64,000 nucleotides of DNA, taken from an uncultured Gammaproteobacteria bacterium. Lineage in GTDB: Bacteria > Patescibacteriota > Patescibacteriia > Patescibacteriales > GWC2-42-12. Shown one piece after another: positions 1 to 10,007 of this stretch. The position numbers were made by a program, and so were the translations under genes. How positions within the stretch are numbered: the first letter of the stretch is position 1; each line of letters starts with the position of its first letter. The stretch covers positions 27,103 to 91,102 of the forward strand of contig CAZHZE010000001.1 in assembly GCA_964537265.1 (NCBI GenBank). The letters are read 5' to 3'. The notes beneath the pieces were generated by a model. That model saw nothing but the letters and a program-made list of their open reading frames with translations, did not search any database and was not told the DNA's origin.

Positions 1-2384
1 TGCAAGGCACGGCCGAAGTAGCCATGATTTTAGAACGCGCCAAAAAAGAAGCTGATAGAATCGGCGACGAATATATTTCTACCGAACATTTATTTTTATC
101 AATAATCGGCGTAAAAACAAAAGCTCAAGAAATTTTAATTAACGCCGGAGTTGAGTATGCTGAAGTTTTAAAAATTTTAGCAAAATTGCGCGGCTCGCAA
201 ACCATTACCGACCCGGAACCAGAATCAAAATTCAGAGTTTTAGAAAAATACGCCATTAATTTAACCGAGCTAGCGCGCCAGGAAAAACTTGATCCGGTTA
301 TCGGCCGTGATGAAGAGATTAGGCGCATTATGCAAGTCTTATCCAGACGCACAAAAAATAATCCAGTTTTAATCGGCGAAGCCGGCACTGGTAAAACAGC
401 GATCATTGAAGGCTTAGCGCAACGCATTGTAGCCGGTGATGTGCCGGAAACTTTAAAAGGCAAAGAATTGATTTCTTTAGACTTAGGCGCTTTAGTTGCT
501 GGTTCAAAATTTAGGGGCGAATTTGAAGACCGTTTAAAAGCCGTTCTAAAGGAAATAAAAGCCCAGGGCGGCAATATCATACTCTTTATTGACGAATTGC
601 ACACCTTAGTGGGCGCAGGCGCTTCTGAAGGCTCTATGGACGCTTCTAATATGTTAAAGCCGGCTTTGGCGCGCGGCGAATTAAAAGCCGTGGGCGCTAC
701 TACTACCCGTGAATACCAAAAATATATTGAAAAAGACGCGGCGCTAGAAAGGCGTTTTCAGCCGATTTATGTTTCTGAACCTTCGATCGAAGATACAATT
801 GCAATCTTACGCGGCATAAAAGAAAAATATGAAGTTCATCACGGCGTCCGAATTACTGATGACGCTTTAATCTCCGCCGCAAAATTATCTTCACGCTATA
901 TTACCGACAGATTTCTACCGGATAAAGCCGTAGATTTAGTTGATGAAGCAACTTCGGCTTTACGCATGGAAATAGACTCTTCGCCTGAAGAATTAGATAC
1001 TTTAAAAAGAGATATAAAACGTTTAGAAATTGAAAAAGCTGGTTTAAATAAAGAAAATAAACAAAACTCTAAACTTAAAGATATAAATAAAAAATTAGCT
1101 CAGCTAAAAGAAAAAGCTAACCAAATAGAACTTCATTGGCATAATGAAAAAAATGTTATTGCAAAAATAAGGCAATCTAAAAAACAAATTGATGAATTAA
1201 AAATTCAAGCCGAAATTATTGAACGCCGGGGCGATGATTTAACTCAGGTAGCGGAAATATTATATTCAAAAATCCCGGCGTTAGAGCAGGAAGTAAAAAA
1301 ACAAGAAACTGAACTCGTGAAAATACAAAGCGCCGGACAAAGAATTTTGAAAGAAGAAGTTGATGAAGAAGATATCGCTAAAGTAGTCGCCCGCTGGACC
1401 GGCATCCCGGTAGCTAAAATGCTTGAATCGGAAATAAAAAAATTAGCTAAAGCCGAAGAAGTTTTAAATAAACGCGTCATCGGCCAAGACGAAGCTATCA
1501 AATCAGTCGCTAACGCAATTAGGCGTTCGCGAGCCGGCATTAGCGAAGAGAAAAAACCCATCGGCTCTTTTATGTTCGTCGGCCCGACCGGCGTAGGTAA
1601 AACCGAACTGGCTAAAGCCATCGCCGAATTTATGTTTAACGACGAAAACGCTTTAGTAAGATTAGATATGAGTGAATTTATGGAAAAGCATTCGGTGGCA
1701 AAAATAATCGGCTCCCCTCCTGGCTATGTCGGACATGATGAAGGAGGACAATTAACCGATAAAATTAGGCGCCGACCATATAGCGTTGTCTTATTTGATG
1801 AAATAGAAAAAGCCCACCCCGAAGTCTTTAATATATTACTGCAAATTTTAGACGACGGCCGATTAACCGATTCAAAGGGCCGCTCGGTCAACTTCAAAAA
1901 TTCTATTATTATCATGACTTCTAATTTAGGCAATGAAGTTATTAAAGAATATTCTATCGGTTTTACCGATACGACCGACATAAAACAAGCCGCTACCTTG
2001 CGTAATGATGAAATGAAAGAAAAAATTGATCGGATTTTAAAAGATAATTTTAAGCTGGAATTTTTAAACCGTATTGATGAAATTGTAATATTTAAGAGCT
2101 TGAATAAAGATGTTTTATCGGAAATCGTTGATTTAGAATTAGCTAAGGTAGAAAAAAGATTAAAAAACAAAGAAATTAATCTTAAGATCGGCCTGAAAGT
2201 TAAAAAAATGCTAGCGGAAAAAGGTTATGATACGACTTACGGCGCCCGCCCGCTAAAACGCATTATTCAGAATGTAATTTTAGATGAACTGGCCATGGAA
2301 ATAATCGAAGGCAAAATTAAACAGGGCGATAAAGTAGAAATTAATCTTGGCATAAAAGACAAAATTTTAATGACCATAAAATAA
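1..2384 (+). CDS. clpB: ClpB-type Hsp100 disaggregase, 5'-truncated by the window edge
   Basis: The frame of ORF 24..2384 stays open back to position 3. Two AAA+ modules are present ([16 protein letters not shown] and [19 protein letters not shown]), separated by a long K/E-rich coiled-coil middle domain, with a C-terminal GARPLKR motif. Confidence 0.9.
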   Translation, partial: QGTAEVAMILERAKKEADRIGDEYISTEHLFLSIIGVKTKAQEILINAGVEYAEVLKILAKLRGSQTITDPEPESKFRVLEKYAINLTELARQEKLDPVIGRDEEIRRIMQVLSRRTKNNPVLIGEAGTGKTAIIEGLAQRIVAGDVPETLKGKELISLDLGALVAGSKFRGEFEDRLKAVLKEIKAQGGNIILFIDELHTLVGAGASEGSMDASNMLKPALARGELKAVGATTTREYQKYIEKDAALERRFQPIYVSEPSIEDTIAILRGIKEKYEVHHGVRITDDALISAAKLSSRYITDRFLPDKAVDLVDEATSALRMEIDSSPEELDTLKRDIKRLEIEKAGLNKENKQNSKLKDINKKLAQLKEKANQIELHWHNEKNVIAKIRQSKKQIDELKIQAEIIERRGDDLTQVAEILYSKIPALEQEVKKQETELVKIQSAGQRILKEEVDEEDIAKVVARWTGIPVAKMLESEIKKLAKAEEVLNKRVIGQDEAIKSVANAIRRSRAGISEEKKPIGSFMFVGPTGVGKTELAKAIAEFMFNDENALVRLDMSEFMEKHSVAKIIGSPPGYVGHDEGGQLTDKIRRRPYSVVLFDEIEKAHPEVFNILLQILDDGRLTDSKGRSVNFKNSIIIMTSNLGNEVIKEYSIGFTDTTDIKQAATLRNDEMKEKIDRILKDNFKLEFLNRIDEIVIFKSLNKDVLSEIVDLELAKVEKRLKNKEINLKIGLKVKKMLAEKGYDTTYGARPLKRIIQNVILDELAMEIIEGKIKQGDKVEINLGIKDKILMTIK

Positions 2385-2431
2385 ACTCATACACTTATTC
2401 ATAAGTGTGCGGGAAATTCAGAATAAAAAGA

Positions 2432-2462
2432 AGCACCCTTTTTAAAAACAGGGTGCTTTTTT
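2432..2462. terminator. Intrinsic terminator hairpin between convergent clpB and ORF 2486..3154
   Basis: Stem AGCACCCT / AGGGTGCT, with an A-run upstream and a T-run downstream, so it can act in both directions. Confidence 0.6.
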
Positions 2463-2485
2463 GTTAATCATAAGTCCGATTTCCG

Positions 2486-3154
2486 CTAAGCAGGCTGGGG
2501 TATAAAATGGCCTCCGCGGATAGTTTTTCTTTTTCCCAGAAATTTTTTAATTCGCCGACCTGCGTCACGACGGGCATTTTTTATTTCACGCATACTTTTG
2601 CCGGCACGTTCAGCCTTTTTGGTTTTAACGAAAACATCGTTTCTCGTTGAGCCATGGAACCTTGGCTTGATAATAAAAGCATTGGGTTGCGCCGGCTCGG
2701 CAGGAAATAAATGAGGACAGCAAGGGCGATAATAATTTGCAATATCTTCCCGGTTTTTTAAAAGTTCCTTGCCTTCATCTTCTTCTTCACCGCGAAAAAA
2801 TATTGGCGCGTCCAGGCTGGGAATAATTGTTTCCTCTTTCCCCCGGTTGTCAATCATTGCGATAATGGCATCTTCCGATGATACAAAAGCGACGGAAGCA
2901 ATATCTAAAGGCGACATTACGCAAGATAAAATACTAACCGAGGGTATGACGCCACCTCCGGTTATGATTGCAACCAACTTCTCCTCGTCAGGAACGCGAA
3001 TCTTGCCGGCGCAATGTTTGAATTCTTCCTGAACCGATTGCGGCCAATTTTCTATGCCTAAAGCATTATGCAGCGGCATGATTTGCGCTTTTGTTAAATT
3101 TAAAGGAGCTACAACTTTCTTACCGCCTAAAAAAGAATCAGACCCCTTCTTCAT
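2486..3154 (-). CDS. Hypothetical protein with a strongly basic C-terminal tail
   Basis: 222-aa ORF with an SD-like GGGGGA 8 nt upstream of the ATG. No family recognised. The C-terminus is K/R-rich (KTKKAERAGKSMREIKNARRDAGRRIKKFLGKRK). Confidence 0.55.
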   Translation of the reverse strand: MKKGSDSFLGGKKVVAPLNLTKAQIMPLHNALGIENWPQSVQEEFKHCAGKIRVPDEEKLVAIITGGGVIPSVSILSCVMSPLDIASVAFVSSEDAIIAMIDNRGKEETIIPSLDAPIFFRGEEEDEGKELLKNREDIANYYRPCCPHLFPAEPAQPNAFIIKPRFHGSTRNDVFVKTKKAERAGKSMREIKNARRDAGRRIKKFLGKRKTIRGGHFIPQPA

Positions 3155-3328
3155 TATTAAAATCCCCCTTTCAAAAATTTATGAAATAACATTAACATAA
3201 TTCATAAAAAAAATCAATATACATCTTATATATTAAACTAATATTAGCAAAGTTATTTTTTGTAATTTGCCCAGAGCCTTTTCGTATACTATAATATATA
3301 ATATAACTCACAATTAAGCATTATAAAT

Positions 3329-4798
3329 ATGGCTAAAACAAAGCTATTATTATTATTTTTCTGTTTTTCTTTAGTTTTTGTATTTACTATTAGTGCGGCT
3401 AAGGCCGAAGGTTTTGATCCTAATAATATTATTAGCGATTTAGAAATTTTGGATTATACTTCCATGGGCTTAAATGAAATCCAAACATTCTTACAAAATA
3501 AAGGCAGTTATTTAGCTACCTATTCCTGCCCTGACGCTTACGGCATGATCAGAAAAGCTTCGGAAATAATTTACAATGCGGCGGCTAATAATTTTGACTG
3601 CGACGGCGCTGTTTTAAGCGATAATCCGACTATTGAAGAAAGACAAGCTAAATGCAAAAAAATAACTATCAGCCCGAAATTTCTTTTGGTGCTTTTGCAA
3701 AAAGAGCAAAGTTTAATTGAAAGAAGCACAACTCCGACTCAAAGAAGCCTAGATTGGGCGACCGGTTATGGTTGTCCTGATTCTGGCGGTTGTAATTCAC
3801 GCTGGCAAGGTTTTGGCAAACAAGTTAATTCAGCCGCTTTGCAATTCAGAGATTATATTGATAATCCGCAATATTATACTTACAAAGCCGGCAACACTTA
3901 TACTTTTACCAATACTGACGCCGAGCCTATGACCGTTACGCCGGCTAATCAAGCCACAGCCGCGCTTTATAATTACACGCCGCATGTTTATAACGGCAAT
4001 TATAATTTTTATAAAATCTGGCAACGCTGGTTCACAAAAATTTATCCCGACGGCTCGCTTTTGCAAGCTAGCGGAGAAGCTGGAGTCTGGCTATTGCAAA
4101 ATGGTTTAATTCGTCCATTTTTATCTAAATCAGCTTTGGTCTCTCGCTTTGACATAAATAAAATTATCATCGTAAATAAATCCGATTTGGATAAATATGA
4201 AAAAGGCACGCCGATTAAATTCGCTCAATATTCTTTAGTAAAATCTCCGCGCGGCACGATTTTCTTAATCGTTGATGATAAAAAACGCGGCTTCACTTCT
4301 ATGGAAGCTTTCAGAAAAATGGGCTTTAACCCCGAAGAAGTCGTTAGCGCCGCCTGGGAAGATATAAATTATTATGCCGACGGTCCGAATATTACCGCTA
4401 CCTCTACTTATCCGACCGGCGCTTTGCTGCAAAATAATAAAACCGGTGGAATTTATTATGTAATTGATGGCATCAAATATCCGCTAATAGATAAAATTTT
4501 CTTAACTACTAAATTTAAAAGTAAAAAAATCATAGCTGTAACTCCGGCGGAATTGGATGGATATGAAACAGCCAAACCTTATCTATTCGGCGACGGCGAA
4601 TTGCTTAAAACAAAAGATTCTCCTTATACTTATGTAATTTCCGGCGGAAAAAAACTTTTAATAACCTCGGATAAAGTCTTTACTAGTTTAGGTTATAAAA
4701 TCGAAAATGTTATAATCGTGCCTTCAAGCATTTTGTATTTATATGAAGCCGGCACTCCTTTAACCGAAGAATTATTGGTTAATAATAGTACTAATTAA
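3329..4798 (+). CDS. Secreted protein of unknown function, possibly cell-wall associated
   Basis: 489-aa ORF with an N-terminal signal peptide (LLLLFFCFSLVFVFTISAAKA). No catalytic motif recognised with confidence. Confidence 0.7.
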   Translation: MAKTKLLLLFFCFSLVFVFTISAAKAEGFDPNNIISDLEILDYTSMGLNEIQTFLQNKGSYLATYSCPDAYGMIRKASEIIYNAAANNFDCDGAVLSDNPTIEERQAKCKKITISPKFLLVLLQKEQSLIERSTTPTQRSLDWATGYGCPDSGGCNSRWQGFGKQVNSAALQFRDYIDNPQYYTYKAGNTYTFTNTDAEPMTVTPANQATAALYNYTPHVYNGNYNFYKIWQRWFTKIYPDGSLLQASGEAGVWLLQNGLIRPFLSKSALVSRFDINKIIIVNKSDLDKYEKGTPIKFAQYSLVKSPRGTIFLIVDDKKRGFTSMEAFRKMGFNPEEVVSAAWEDINYYADGPNITATSTYPTGALLQNNKTGGIYYVIDGIKYPLIDKIFLTTKFKSKKIIAVTPAELDGYETAKPYLFGDGELLKTKDSPYTYVISGGKKLLITSDKVFTSLGYKIENVIIVPSSILYLYEAGTPLTEELLVNNSTN

Positions 4799-4824
4799 AA
4801 TTATAAAATTAAAAATTTAATTTT

Positions 4825-5613
4825 ATGCCAATTGTATTTTCCGCCATTACGCCTCATCCGCCTATCGCCATTCCTACAATCGGCAAAGATAATGTAAAAC
4901 AGATCGAAGCCACAACTAAAGCTTTCTTAAAACTTGAGCAGGAATTATACGCCTCGCAACCGGATAGCATTATAGTTATTTCTCCGCATGGCTATTTGCA
5001 GGAAGACGCTTTTACTATAAATCTAAGCCCGGAATTTACGGCTGGTTTTGATAATTTCGGCGACCTAACGACTAAATTTACTTTAGCCGGAGATGTCGGG
5101 TTAGCGCATCAGATAAAAGAAAGTTTGGAAACAAAGGCCCGACTGCAGCTAAATAGCGAACCGGATCTTGACCATGGCGCGTCCGTGCCGCTTTATTTTT
5201 TAACTCAACATCTGCCTAAAATAAAAATAATCCCGCTTTATTATTCGGGATTGGATTTAAAAGCTCATTATGATTTCGGGCAAATGATAAAAAGTAAACT
5301 GACTAACTCCCCTAACCGAATCGCCATCATCGCTTCCGGCGACTTATCGCACCGTTTAATTAAAAACGCCCCGGCCGGTTATAGCCCTAAAGGAAAAAAA
5401 TTTGATCAAAAACTTATTGATTGTTTACTAAAAAAAGAAACCGAAGAGCTGATAAAATTAAAACCTGAATTTGTAGAAGAAGCCGGTGAATGCGGCTTAA
5501 AATCAATTATGATTTTACTCGGCATTTTAGAAGGCGTACAATACGAACCGCAGCTTTTTTCTTACGAAGGGCCGTTCGGCGTCGGCTATATGGTAATGAA
5601 TTTTAAATTATAG
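4825..5613 (+). CDS. Class III extradiol dioxygenase subunit B (LigB/Memo-like) family protein
   Basis: Family-typical motifs: PHPP near the N-terminus, ISPHG, DHGASVPL and ASGDLSHRL. Confidence 0.65.
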   Translation: MPIVFSAITPHPPIAIPTIGKDNVKQIEATTKAFLKLEQELYASQPDSIIVISPHGYLQEDAFTINLSPEFTAGFDNFGDLTTKFTLAGDVGLAHQIKESLETKARLQLNSEPDLDHGASVPLYFLTQHLPKIKIIPLYYSGLDLKAHYDFGQMIKSKLTNSPNRIAIIASGDLSHRLIKNAPAGYSPKGKKFDQKLIDCLLKKETEELIKLKPEFVEEAGECGLKSIMILLGILEGVQYEPQLFSYEGPFGVGYMVMNFKL

Positions 5614-5898
5614 TTTTTTCTTTCCGCCGTCAACGACTTTAAAAAAGTATTTCCATTTTTCTCCAGTCTGACATAATTCTTTAGTATCATTTAGGGCAGT
5701 TTCTATAATAACTCTTGGCTTCTGCTTGCAAACTTTAAAAACTGAATTTCTTTTGTTACTAGGCACGCTTAGTTCCTTAATTACGCGCAATGCCAAATCC
5801 TGCCAGGCGTAAGCCGGCGGTTTTGGCAGTAACCCCTTATTTTTTGCGCCTTGGGCGAATAAATCCCCTATTTTTTCCAAACCTTTATCTATTTGCAT
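5608..5898 (-). CDS. Small hypothetical protein
   Basis: 96-aa ORF convergent with the previous gene, with a 6-nt overlap of the stop regions. No recognised domain. Confidence 0.5.
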   Translation of the reverse strand: MQIDKGLEKIGDLFAQGAKNKGLLPKPPAYAWQDLALRVIKELSVPSNKRNSVFKVCKQKPRVIIETALNDTKELCQTGEKWKYFFKVVDGGKKKL

Positions 5899-5954
5899 AA
5901 TATAATTATATCATATATAGTTTAGAGTTGATAAGTTATATTTTTACTAATTTT

Positions 5955-6428
5955 ATGCCAATCTTAAAAATAATCACACAACCTAATTCTATATTAAGGA
6001 AAAAATCTACGGAAATTAATGTTAAAGACATAAAAAGCCGGGAACTGCAGGGCTTAATTTTATCTATGGGGAAAACCATGATAAAAAAAGACGGCGTGGG
6101 CTTAGCCGCTCCACAAATAGGAAAAAATATTCGCTTAGTCGTGATTAATTCTAAAGACGGAGTTTTTTGTTTAATAAATCCTAAATTTATCAAAAAATCC
6201 TGGGCGCGCGAACTCGGTCAGGAAGGCTGCTTATCCGTACCAGGAGTTTTCGGAAAAGTTAAAAGGCATAAAAAAATTAGTTTAACCTATTATAACCAAA
6301 AAGGTGAAAAAGTAAAATTAACCGCCGAAGGCATGATGGCGCGAGTTATTCAACATGAAGTTGATCATCTAGACGGAATTTTATTTATAGATAAAGCAAA
6401 AGATTTAGAAAAAGTGGAAGATAAATAA
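5955..6428 (+). CDS. def: Peptide deformylase
   Basis: Motifs GVGLAAPQIG, EGCLSVPG and QHEVDHLDG. I chose the ATG at 5955 (MPILKIITQPN) rather than the upstream TTG at 5928. Confidence 0.9.
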   Translation: MPILKIITQPNSILRKKSTEINVKDIKSRELQGLILSMGKTMIKKDGVGLAAPQIGKNIRLVVINSKDGVFCLINPKFIKKSWARELGQEGCLSVPGVFGKVKRHKKISLTYYNQKGEKVKLTAEGMMARVIQHEVDHLDGILFIDKAKDLEKVEDK

Positions 6429-6430
6429 TT

Positions 6431-7366
6431 ATGCAAAAAACAAAAATCATTTATATCGGCACGGCCGAATTCGGTCTGCCATCTTTTCAGGCTTTACTAA
6501 ACGAGCCTGATTTTGAAATTCCTTTGGTTATAACTCAGCCGGATAAACCAGCAGGCCGAAAACAAATTTTGACTTCCCCGCCGATAAAAATAGAAGCTGA
6601 AAAAAGAGGTATCACGGTTTTGCAACCGACGCATATTATAGATATTTTAGAAAAAATTTCTTTATTGAAACCGGACTTAATTATCGTTGCGGCTTATGCT
6701 CAGCTTATACCTGAGGCGATTTTGAATTTACCTAAATACGGTTGTCTTAATCTGCATGCTTCGCTTTTGCCTAAATATCGCGGTTCAGCCATAATCCAGG
6801 CAGCAATTTTAAACGGCGACGAGCAAACCGGAGTAACTATAATGAAAATGGATAAAGGGCTGGACACCGGACCAATTTTAACTCAAAATGCTATTAACAT
6901 AGAAGAAAACGATACTGCCGGAACATTATATGATAAATTATCGGCTATGAGCTCTGATTTTCTTATTAAAACCGTAAAGAAATATTTAGCCGGAGAAATT
7001 GAGCCAAAAATGCAAGATTCAAGCCAAGCCAGTTATGCTAAAGAGATAACTAAAAGCGACGGCTTAATAAATTGGAAAAAACCGGCCGCGGAATTAGAAA
7101 AATTTATTAGAGCCATGAACCCTTGGCCGAGCGCCTGGACCTGGCACGAAGGCAAACAGGTTAAAATAATTTGCGCGCAGAATAAACCTTTAGAAATAAA
7201 TTCTTATAAACCAGGTAAAACTTTTAAATATAATAATGGTTTGGCTGTGCAATGCGGCCGCGATGCTTTAATTATAAAAAAATTACAGCTTGAAGGAAAA
7301 AATGCGGTTACGAGCGAAGAATTTTTACGAGGCCATAAAAATTTTATTGGGACTATTTTAGGTTAA
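6431..7366 (+). CDS. fmt: Methionyl-tRNA formyltransferase
   Basis: Typical Fmt N-terminus (IIYIGTAEFG), the motif NLHASLLPKYRGSAIIQAAIL, and the def-fmt gene pair. Confidence 0.9.
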   Translation: MQKTKIIYIGTAEFGLPSFQALLNEPDFEIPLVITQPDKPAGRKQILTSPPIKIEAEKRGITVLQPTHIIDILEKISLLKPDLIIVAAYAQLIPEAILNLPKYGCLNLHASLLPKYRGSAIIQAAILNGDEQTGVTIMKMDKGLDTGPILTQNAINIEENDTAGTLYDKLSAMSSDFLIKTVKKYLAGEIEPKMQDSSQASYAKEITKSDGLINWKKPAAELEKFIRAMNPWPSAWTWHEGKQVKIICAQNKPLEINSYKPGKTFKYNNGLAVQCGRDALIIKKLQLEGKNAVTSEEFLRGHKNFIGTILG

Positions 7367-7372
7367 CGTTAT

Positions 7373-7444
7373 GCCGCCATCGTCTAACGGTTAGGACGCC
7401 AGGTTCTCATCCTGGTAATAGGAGTTCGATTCTCCTTGGCGGTA
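7373..7444 (+). tRNA. tRNA-Glu (anticodon CUC)
   Basis: Hand-folded cloverleaf: GCCGCCA TC GTCT AACGGTTA GGAC G CCAGG TTCTCAT CCTGG TAAT AGGAG TTCGATT CTCCT TGGCGGT A. It has a G1-U72 pair and no encoded CCA. Confidence 0.9.
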
Positions 7445-7451
7445 CTATAAT

Positions 7452-7482
7452 AAAAAACAGATGAACAATTCATCTGTTTTTT
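7452..7482. terminator. Bidirectional intrinsic terminator (tRNA-Glu / ftsI)
   Basis: Stem ACAGATGAA / TTCATCTGT with loop CAA, flanked by an A-run and a T-run. Confidence 0.65.
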
Positions 7483-7491
7483 GTAAACTAT

Positions 7492-9591
7492 TTATTTTTT
7501 ATCATCAACATTTCTTACCTTCGGCACCTGCCAGTAATTAAGCATATATTCAGCCAATTCTCCGAATAACGGCGCGGCCGAACTTTCCGCCCATTCGACA
7601 TCGCGCGGCTGATCAATTCTTACGAGCATGACAAATTTAGGATCATCGGCCGGAGCAAAGCCGGCGAATGAACCTATGTGAGCGCCAGCTTGATAACCGC
7701 CTTTTTTGTCCGGCACTTGCGCCGTGCCCGTCTTACCGGCTACATAATAACCTTTAACGCCGGCTTTTTTACCATGCCCATTCTCTACTACATTAACCAT
7801 CATGCCGCCTAAAAGCGTAGCAGCTTTTTCCGAAATTATTCTACCGATTACAGTCGGCTGTGTTTCAACTTTTGTTCCATCAGGATTAACTATTTCTTTA
7901 ACAATATAAGGTTTCATCATAACTCCGTTATTAGCTAAAGCTAAAAATGCTGAAACCATCTGAATAGGAGTAACCGCTATGCCCTGCCCGAATGAAGCCG
8001 TGGCGGCATAAAGTTCGCCGACCGAATTTTTATTTAAATTTTTTATATCCCCCTTGCTCTCGCCTTCTAATTCAATGCCGGTCTTTTCCCCAAAGCCGAA
8101 TTTTTTTACATAATCAGCGAACAAATTCGGCCCGATCGACCGCATAGCAAAAATTGCGCCGGTGTTTAAAGATTTTTCTAAAACCTCGGTCATGGTTTGC
8201 ACGCCGTTAGATTTATGATCGGAATTTTCTATTTTATATTTAGCGATTATAACCTGGCCGGTATCTTCATAAGTTGTTTGCGGAGTTACTTTTTCCTGGT
8301 CTAAAGCCATGGCCATGGTTAAAACTTTAAAAATAGAACCCGGCTCGTATTGGGAAAAAATCGCCGGATTAGTAAAAATTTTTATATCCTTAACATCTTT
8401 ATAACTATTACCATCATAATCAGGATTAGAACACATGGCTAAAACCGCCCCGGTTTTAGGCTCTAAAATTATTACGCTACCGCCATCGGCTCCATGCCTA
8501 GCCACCGCTTCGTTTAATTTCTGGCAGGCCGTAAATTGGATGGAACGATCTATAGTTAAAATTAAATCGCTGCCGTCGTTAGCTTTATTATATTCGCGGT
8601 CATTAATAATTATCGGCTTGCCCCTAGCATCTCTTTCAACTTTTATGGAGCCGGCTGAACCGGTTAATTCTTGATTAAAAAATTCTTCCAAACCGTATCG
8701 GCCCTTTTGATCATCGCCAACATAACCAACAAAGCCTAAAATATTGGAACCGATATTTTTTTCCGGATAAAAACGAAATGAACTTTCGGAAAAACCGATG
8801 CCGTCTATTTTTAATTCTTTTTTAATAGTTTCTTTTTTTTCCCTGTCATAATATGGAAATAGGATAGTGCCGGCGTCTATTTCCAAATCTTCGATTTTTA
8901 AAGCGTCGGCCGGATCGCTTAAACCTAAATAAAATTTCTTTAAAATTTCTTCATCAACTTTCTGCTCTAACGGCTCATAAACATCGCCGGGTTTATTAAG
9001 CCTCTCTAAATAAGCTTCAACGGCCTGTTTTTTTCTTAATTCAATTTCAGCTTCGCGTTTAATTTGCCTTAACTCTTGAAAAGTTTTATCGGCTAAAAGC
9101 GCTTGATGCGCGGCGATAACTTCAGCTTCTTTAATTTTATAGGCTTCATCTTTAACATCGCCCAAAACCTTTAATTTAGCTTTTAAACTTTCTTCATCTT
9201 CTTTTTTAAATATTTCTTCAACCTCTTTTTCTGTTTTTTCTTTTTTAAAAGTTATATAAAGCTGCTCGCCTATTTTATTAGCATCTTTTATATCTTTCGG
9301 CACGGCATAAAGCAAAGCAAAATCTTTATTGGTGGCTACCGGGTAAAGTTTATTGTCAGCGCTTTTTATGTCATTTTGCAAAAAAATCCGGCCACGAACC
9401 GGATTGATTAAATTATAAATTTGGTGCTGATCGGCGGCTAGCGTAGAATATAAATCATAATTAAAAATCTGCAAACTGATTAATTTATAAACAACTGCTC
9501 CGGCCAATAAAAAAATAATCGCGATTACTAGATTAATGCGACTATTATTTATTTTTTCGCTATTGCCCTGTCTTTTTTTCCAAAACGACAT
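7492..9591 (-). CDS. ftsI: Class B penicillin-binding protein (FtsI-like transpeptidase) with a long charged insertion
   Basis: N-terminal TM segment and transpeptidase motifs (SIFK = SxxK, SDH, KTGTA). It lies downstream of mraZ-rsmH-ftsL. A K/E-rich segment of about 150 aa sits in the N-terminal module. Confidence 0.85.
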   Translation of the reverse strand: MSFWKKRQGNSEKINNSRINLVIAIIFLLAGAVVYKLISLQIFNYDLYSTLAADQHQIYNLINPVRGRIFLQNDIKSADNKLYPVATNKDFALLYAVPKDIKDANKIGEQLYITFKKEKTEKEVEEIFKKEDEESLKAKLKVLGDVKDEAYKIKEAEVIAAHQALLADKTFQELRQIKREAEIELRKKQAVEAYLERLNKPGDVYEPLEQKVDEEILKKFYLGLSDPADALKIEDLEIDAGTILFPYYDREKKETIKKELKIDGIGFSESSFRFYPEKNIGSNILGFVGYVGDDQKGRYGLEEFFNQELTGSAGSIKVERDARGKPIIINDREYNKANDGSDLILTIDRSIQFTACQKLNEAVARHGADGGSVIILEPKTGAVLAMCSNPDYDGNSYKDVKDIKIFTNPAIFSQYEPGSIFKVLTMAMALDQEKVTPQTTYEDTGQVIIAKYKIENSDHKSNGVQTMTEVLEKSLNTGAIFAMRSIGPNLFADYVKKFGFGEKTGIELEGESKGDIKNLNKNSVGELYAATASFGQGIAVTPIQMVSAFLALANNGVMMKPYIVKEIVNPDGTKVETQPTVIGRIISEKAATLLGGMMVNVVENGHGKKAGVKGYYVAGKTGTAQVPDKKGGYQAGAHIGSFAGFAPADDPKFVMLVRIDQPRDVEWAESSAAPLFGELAEYMLNYWQVPKVRNVDDKK

Positions 9592-9610
9592 AAAATATCT
9601 ATTAGAATCT

Positions 9611-9660
9611 ATTAAAAAAATTAATGGCCGTAGAGTTTCGCTCGCTATTAAAAATTTTTT
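9611..9660 (-). promoter_or_regulatory. AT-stem hairpin with a conserved 21-nt loop in the ftsI leader (copy 1)
   Basis: The minus strand reads TTTAAT-AGCGAGCGAAACTCTACGGCC-ATTAAT. The loop at 9626..9646 matches 39674..39694 at 19 of 21 positions, in the same orientation relative to the downstream gene. Confidence 0.45.
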
Positions 9661-9672
9661 CTAAAAAAGTTT

Positions 9673-9999
9673 TTACTTTTTAGCCACAGCTTCAATTCCT
9701 GAATTTAAATAACTTACTTCGCCAACCGCCACCATTTTTAGCTCGCCGATTTTATCTTTTATATTTGCATAAGAGCTAGAAGTTAAAGCGCTAAGCTCAA
9801 GTTTATTATTAACTTCGACTAATTTACTTTTCTGCTGTTTAAGATCAGACAAAGCAAAACCTTTTATGGATAAATCATTGACGCCAGCCACATAATAAAC
9901 CGATAAAATAATTATAGCAAAAAATATGGCTTTGTTTAAATTTTTCAGATTAAAAACCTTTTTAATCAATGGCAATTTTGTATTTTTTGTTTTTTCCAT
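9673..9999 (-). CDS. ftsL: FtsL-like bitopic cell-division protein
   Basis: 108 aa with a single TM segment (AIFFAIIILSVYYVAGV) followed by a coiled-coil-like region. It sits between rsmH and ftsI. Confidence 0.55.
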   Translation of the reverse strand: MEKTKNTKLPLIKKVFNLKNLNKAIFFAIIILSVYYVAGVNDLSIKGFALSDLKQQKSKLVEVNNKLELSALTSSSYANIKDKIGELKMVAVGEVSYLNSGIEAVAKK

Positions 10000-10007
10000 A
10001 TTTGTTT

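Noticed and set aside
125-2170. Three antisense ORFs (125-604, 1244-1621, 1724-2170) inside clpB. Similar shadow ORFs lie opposite ftsI, dnaK, dnaJ, miaB, the Hsp100 paralog, the GT4 fusion and others.
   Set aside because: They lie wholly within well-supported genes on the opposite strand. They have low-complexity or odd composition and no start-site signals, so they are typical frame shadows.
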